DNA of 64,000 nt from Gloeobacterales cyanobacterium (GTDB lineage: Bacteria; Cyanobacteriota; Cyanobacteriia; Gloeobacterales; PMM-0068), in contig JBBRSB010000022.1 in NCBI GenBank assembly GCA_038245785.1, forward strand, positions 20,632 to 84,631, read 5' to 3'. Made by a program: the position numbers and the translations under genes. Under the pieces are notes generated by a model. It saw only the letters and a list, made by a program, of their open reading frames with translations, had not been told where the DNA came from and did no database searches. Position 1 is the first letter of the stretch, and each line of letters starts with the position of its first letter. This document shows positions 60,912-64,000 of the stretch, piece by piece.

Positions 60912-61069
60912 AGATCAGCGGCTTTGAAGTAGTGGGGTCAAAAAAGGCAACTAATGGCCAAATTCAGGGTGTCCAGTTTTGTAATTAATCCGATACTACC
61001 GACGATGAGAGCGTGTGGGCTTCAGGCCAATCGCTTGTAAGATAGCAGGGTATTGTCCGAGTCAGTATT

Positions 61070-62503
61070 ATGCGGCTGGAAAAAGATTCCATGGGTACCC
61101 GCGAAGTTCCAGATCAGTTTTACTGGGGCATTCAGACGTTACGCGCCGTTGAGAATTTTCCGATTAGTGGCCTAAAACCACAACCCCTTTTTGTCAAAGC
61201 GATAGTCTTGATCAAAAAGGCTGCAGCCCAAGTTAACCAGGAGTTAGGCTGCATTCCTCCTCAGATTGCTGGGGCTATTATCCAGAGCTGTGATCAAGTT
61301 TTAGCAGGGGAGCTAGCCGACCAATTTGTCGTGGATGTATTTCAGGCCGGAGCAGGCACTTCCTTGCACATGAATGTCAATGAGGTGTTGGCCAACCGCA
61401 GCTTGGAACTGCTCGGTCATCCCAAGGGAGCCTACGAACATCTCAGCCCCAATGATCATGTAAACTATGGCCAGTCTACCAACGACGTCATTCCGACGGC
61501 TATCCGAATAGCAGCGATCCTGGCCCTGCGCGATTTTCTCCCAGTTTTAGAATATTTGGCAGAAGCTTTTGAAGAGAAGGGCGAAGAGTTTTTAACGATC
61601 ATTAAAGCAGGGCGGACTCATCTACAAGATGCAGTGCCCGTGCGCTTGGGAGAGGAATTTCGAGCCTATGCGCAGATCCTCAGAGATCATGATCAAAGAT
61701 TGGAACAGGCTGCACTTGGGCTACGCACCCTCGGAATTGGGGGATCGGCAGTCGGCACTGGATTGAATACCCACCCATTCTATGCCCCGCGTATGGCCGA
61801 AGTCCTCTCAGTATATGTAGGGCTTACCTTAGAACCCGCCCCTCATCTGATGGCTTCGATGATGAGTTTGGCACCCTTTGTTCATACTTCTGGGACCTTA
61901 AGAAACTTAGCTCAAGATCTGACTAAAATCGCCAATGATTTAAGGCTGATGGATTCTGGGCCAACTACAGGCTTGAAAGAAATTAAGCTCCCACCCGTGC
62001 AACCGGGGTCATCGATCATGCCCGGTAAATACAATCCCGTAATGGCAGAAATGCTGAACATGGTCTGCTACCAGGTCATGGGCTTAGACCAAGCAATTAT
62101 GTTAGCCGCTCAGGCTGGTCAATTAGAACTGAATGTGATGATACCTCTAGTAGCCTATGACTTGCTTCATCAGATTCAGATTTTGACCAACAGTTTGAGC
62201 GTATTCAGAACCCACTGCGTTGAAGCCATTGAAGCCAATCCAGAGCGCTGTCTCGCCTACGCAGAAGGTTCTCTTTCTCTTGTCACTGCCCTCAATAACC
62301 ACATTGGCTATCTCAAAGCGGCTGAAGTGGCCAAAGAGTCTTTAGAAACTGGAATGAGCATTCCCAAAATTGTTTTAGCTAAAGGCTATCTTTCTGAAGA
62401 AAAACTCAGTCAGGTCCTTAATCTAATGGAAATGAGTGAATTGAAACCCCAACAAGAAATGGTTGGAGCAGAGACTCCCGTTATCAATGGATACTCAATT
62501 TAG
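61070..62503 (+). CDS. aspartate ammonia-lyase / class II fumarase family
   Basis: GAGTS..MN.NEV, QSTND, GRTHLQDAVP, GSSIMPGKYNP; aspA and fumC cannot be separated by eye. Confidence 0.9.
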   Translation: MRLEKDSMGTREVPDQFYWGIQTLRAVENFPISGLKPQPLFVKAIVLIKKAAAQVNQELGCIPPQIAGAIIQSCDQVLAGELADQFVVDVFQAGAGTSLHMNVNEVLANRSLELLGHPKGAYEHLSPNDHVNYGQSTNDVIPTAIRIAAILALRDFLPVLEYLAEAFEEKGEEFLTIIKAGRTHLQDAVPVRLGEEFRAYAQILRDHDQRLEQAALGLRTLGIGGSAVGTGLNTHPFYAPRMAEVLSVYVGLTLEPAPHLMASMMSLAPFVHTSGTLRNLAQDLTKIANDLRLMDSGPTTGLKEIKLPPVQPGSSIMPGKYNPVMAEMLNMVCYQVMGLDQAIMLAAQAGQLELNVMIPLVAYDLLHQIQILTNSLSVFRTHCVEAIEANPERCLAYAEGSLSLVTALNNHIGYLKAAEVAKESLETGMSIPKIVLAKGYLSEEKLSQVLNLMEMSELKPQQEMVGAETPVINGYSI

Positions 62504-62561
62504 CTGCGGTGTATTCGTATGGCTATAATTTGCTAGGGCTGAGATAGCGAGAATCTATACA

Positions 62562-62884
62562 TCAACACGTGAACAAATTGAGGCAGCTATCCTTGCACTC
62601 TGAATCTTCACCAACATACCTAGAGTTTCTAGACTTTTAAGATGTCCAATCATTCTCAAACTCGTTTACGAGATTTACTCCAGAAAAACCGTGATACCAG
62701 TCTAAATTCCTTGGAAACAGCTGAACTTAATCTTTGTGAACAGCTTGATGCCCTGGTGTGCCTATTGAAGGTAAGAGCCCATGCTGCTGCAAAAACCACC
62801 TCGAATAGCTAAATCTACACATGACGCGCAAGAAGATCAGACTGCCTCGCTTCCGAGCTATCTTGTTGAGCAACTTCATCCGTT
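62562..62884 (+). pseudogene. cluster of decayed small-gene remnants, probably toxin-antitoxin
   Basis: Fragments STREQIEAAILAL* (62562-62603), SPTYLEFLDF*, ORF 62642-62812 (SQTRLRDLLQKNR..LE.AEL...EQLD..V.LLKVRA) and MTRKKI.. (62821); resemble small cyanobacterial antitoxin/HNH-associated families from memory. Confidence 0.35.
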
Positions 62885-62894
62885 GATTTTGTTC

Positions 62895-63281
62895 TTATCC
62901 CTCTTCATAATTATCATCTCCTTCTAGCTGATATCCACGCTCTAACCAATAATGCCAATCGGCAATGGCCTCTAAGGTCGGAGCATCTGCTTCGAGGGGG
63001 TCAAGATTTGTGAGCGGAACGGTAAAAACGTCTGTTGTATCGAGTTCCCGATAGCGAATCTGTACAAACATATCGGTCTCACACTCTTCTTCCTCTGCCA
63101 TATCAATAACCTCAACCACCTCTCCAGATCTTGAACTGTACTTAGCCTGGAAGGGAAAGTTGATTTTGTCTGCCAGATAGTAATACCAACCCATTGCCTG
63201 TTCTTCAGGAGTATAGGCATCGACCACAATTTCCATGTCGATGCGCTCTTCACGATCAGGATCTAGTTCGATACGAGACAT
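62895..63281 (-). CDS. ccbP: calcium-binding protein CcbP-like
   Basis: REERIDMEIVVDAY..EEQAMGWYYYL...FPFQA...AIADWHYW...GY; highly acidic. Confidence 0.75.
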   Translation of the reverse strand: MSRIELDPDREERIDMEIVVDAYTPEEQAMGWYYYLADKINFPFQAKYSSRSGEVVEVIDMAEEEECETDMFVQIRYRELDTTDVFTVPLTNLDPLEADAPTLEAIADWHYWLERGYQLEGDDNYEEG

Positions 63282-63576
63282 AAGTAATAATCTGCAGGTT
63301 TAGAGACTACTTACGGGTACTTGCTCAGAGTATAACTATAAGCCATAAAAATCTGGACCAGATCCTTCATAGGTTGGATTTACTCGGAGATTCACGCGAG
63401 GGCAGACGATTTCGCAGGCTATTTTGCGCCGCATGCTTCGACAAGGCTCAGCAGCCGAGCGGTGAGGAATTGACCTGCAGAAATTAAATCTGATTCCTCT
63501 GGCAAGAGGAGCTGGGTGGATAAGATATATCGACTTTGATAAGATCTGTCCATATAGAGTAATGGGGCCTGACTAT

Positions 63577-63789
63577 ATGGAAGATACCCTCACAATCACA
63601 CTTACCCCAGAACTCAGGGCGACCCTTGACAATCTAACCCATACTGAAGGCATTTCCCCAGAGAACCTGGTTCAAGCAGCCATTCAAGACTATTTGTTCA
63701 TTCGTCAATTCCGAACATTGCGCTCCCAACTAATGCAGAAAGCGCAGATTCCCTACACAGATGACGATATTTTTGAAATGGTGTCATGA
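63577..63789 (+). CDS. ribbon-helix-helix (CopG-like) antitoxin
   Basis: TLTITLTPELRATLD...EGIS...LVQAAIQDYL...TDDDIFEMVS; ATGA-coupled to a PIN gene. Confidence 0.7.
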   Translation: MEDTLTITLTPELRATLDNLTHTEGISPENLVQAAIQDYLFIRQFRTLRSQLMQKAQIPYTDDDIFEMVS

Positions 63790-63866
63790 ATTTAGTGTTG
63801 GACACCAATGTTCTGATCGCTGCCTTTATCGCTAAAGGATTTTGCCACATCCTCGTGGAACAATAG
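63786..63866 (+). pseudogene. PIN-domain toxin truncated by IS insertion
   Basis: MNLVLDTNVLIAAFIAKGFCHILVEQ* carries the PIN N-terminal VLDTNVL motif; the stop coincides with the IS end. Confidence 0.8.
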
Positions 63867-64000
63867 AGCTCTTGCACGAATAGAATAGGCCGAGTCCATA
63901 GGGTAGGTTAGGGATGGTAGACGGATAGACCTATGACCTACGACCGTATCAAAGACCTTAAACCCAGTGAGTTCAAGCGTTTGACCGGGGTCCGCCCCGA
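63864..64000 (+). mobile_element. IS5-family (IS702/ISL2-like) insertion sequence, left end and transposase start
   Basis: Putative end tagagctcttgcacgaat; ATG 63933 gives MTYDRIKDLKPSEFKRLTGVRP, an IS702-type N-terminus; runs off the window. Confidence 0.75.

Noticed and set aside
1..64000. CRISPR array
   Set aside because: No regularly spaced direct repeats with unique spacers seen; the repeats are isolated palindromes or coding repeats

Overview
Chromosomal window from a cyanobacterium. A linker protein with three tandem CpcG-like repeats suggests the early-branching, thylakoid-less Gloeobacterales; this is an inference. Most of the window is core or metabolic genes: a beta-carbonic anhydrase 3' end followed by cmpC/cmpD, a formamidase operon, an IctB-like gene with tandem DUF4330 genes, a MerR-SDR-AKR detox unit, P450, glgP, ftsH, cobD, tRNA-Leu(TAG), truA, rnhA, typA, ispH, an NfeD/SPFH pair, a Wzx/Wzy exopolysaccharide cluster, panB, ecfT, an aspA/fumC-family lyase and ccbP. 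The window ends in decayed toxin-antitoxin genes, one cut by an IS5-family element. The most notable items are: (1) an AT-rich 1392-aa gene with nucleoside phosphorylase, TPR, GreA/B-C-like and PIN domains, a candidate single-gene anti-phage system; (2) a ferredoxin / V4R / bilin-globin cluster preceded by an atypical receiver-roadblock fusion; (3) an orphan, N-terminally remodelled PetD paralogue; (4) a stand-alone Cys-rich NCS1-like permease in the formamidase operon; (5) a GluR0-like channel lacking the K+ filter; and (6) several families of small palindromic or nested mobile repeats. All calls come from reading motifs by eye; no database searches were run.
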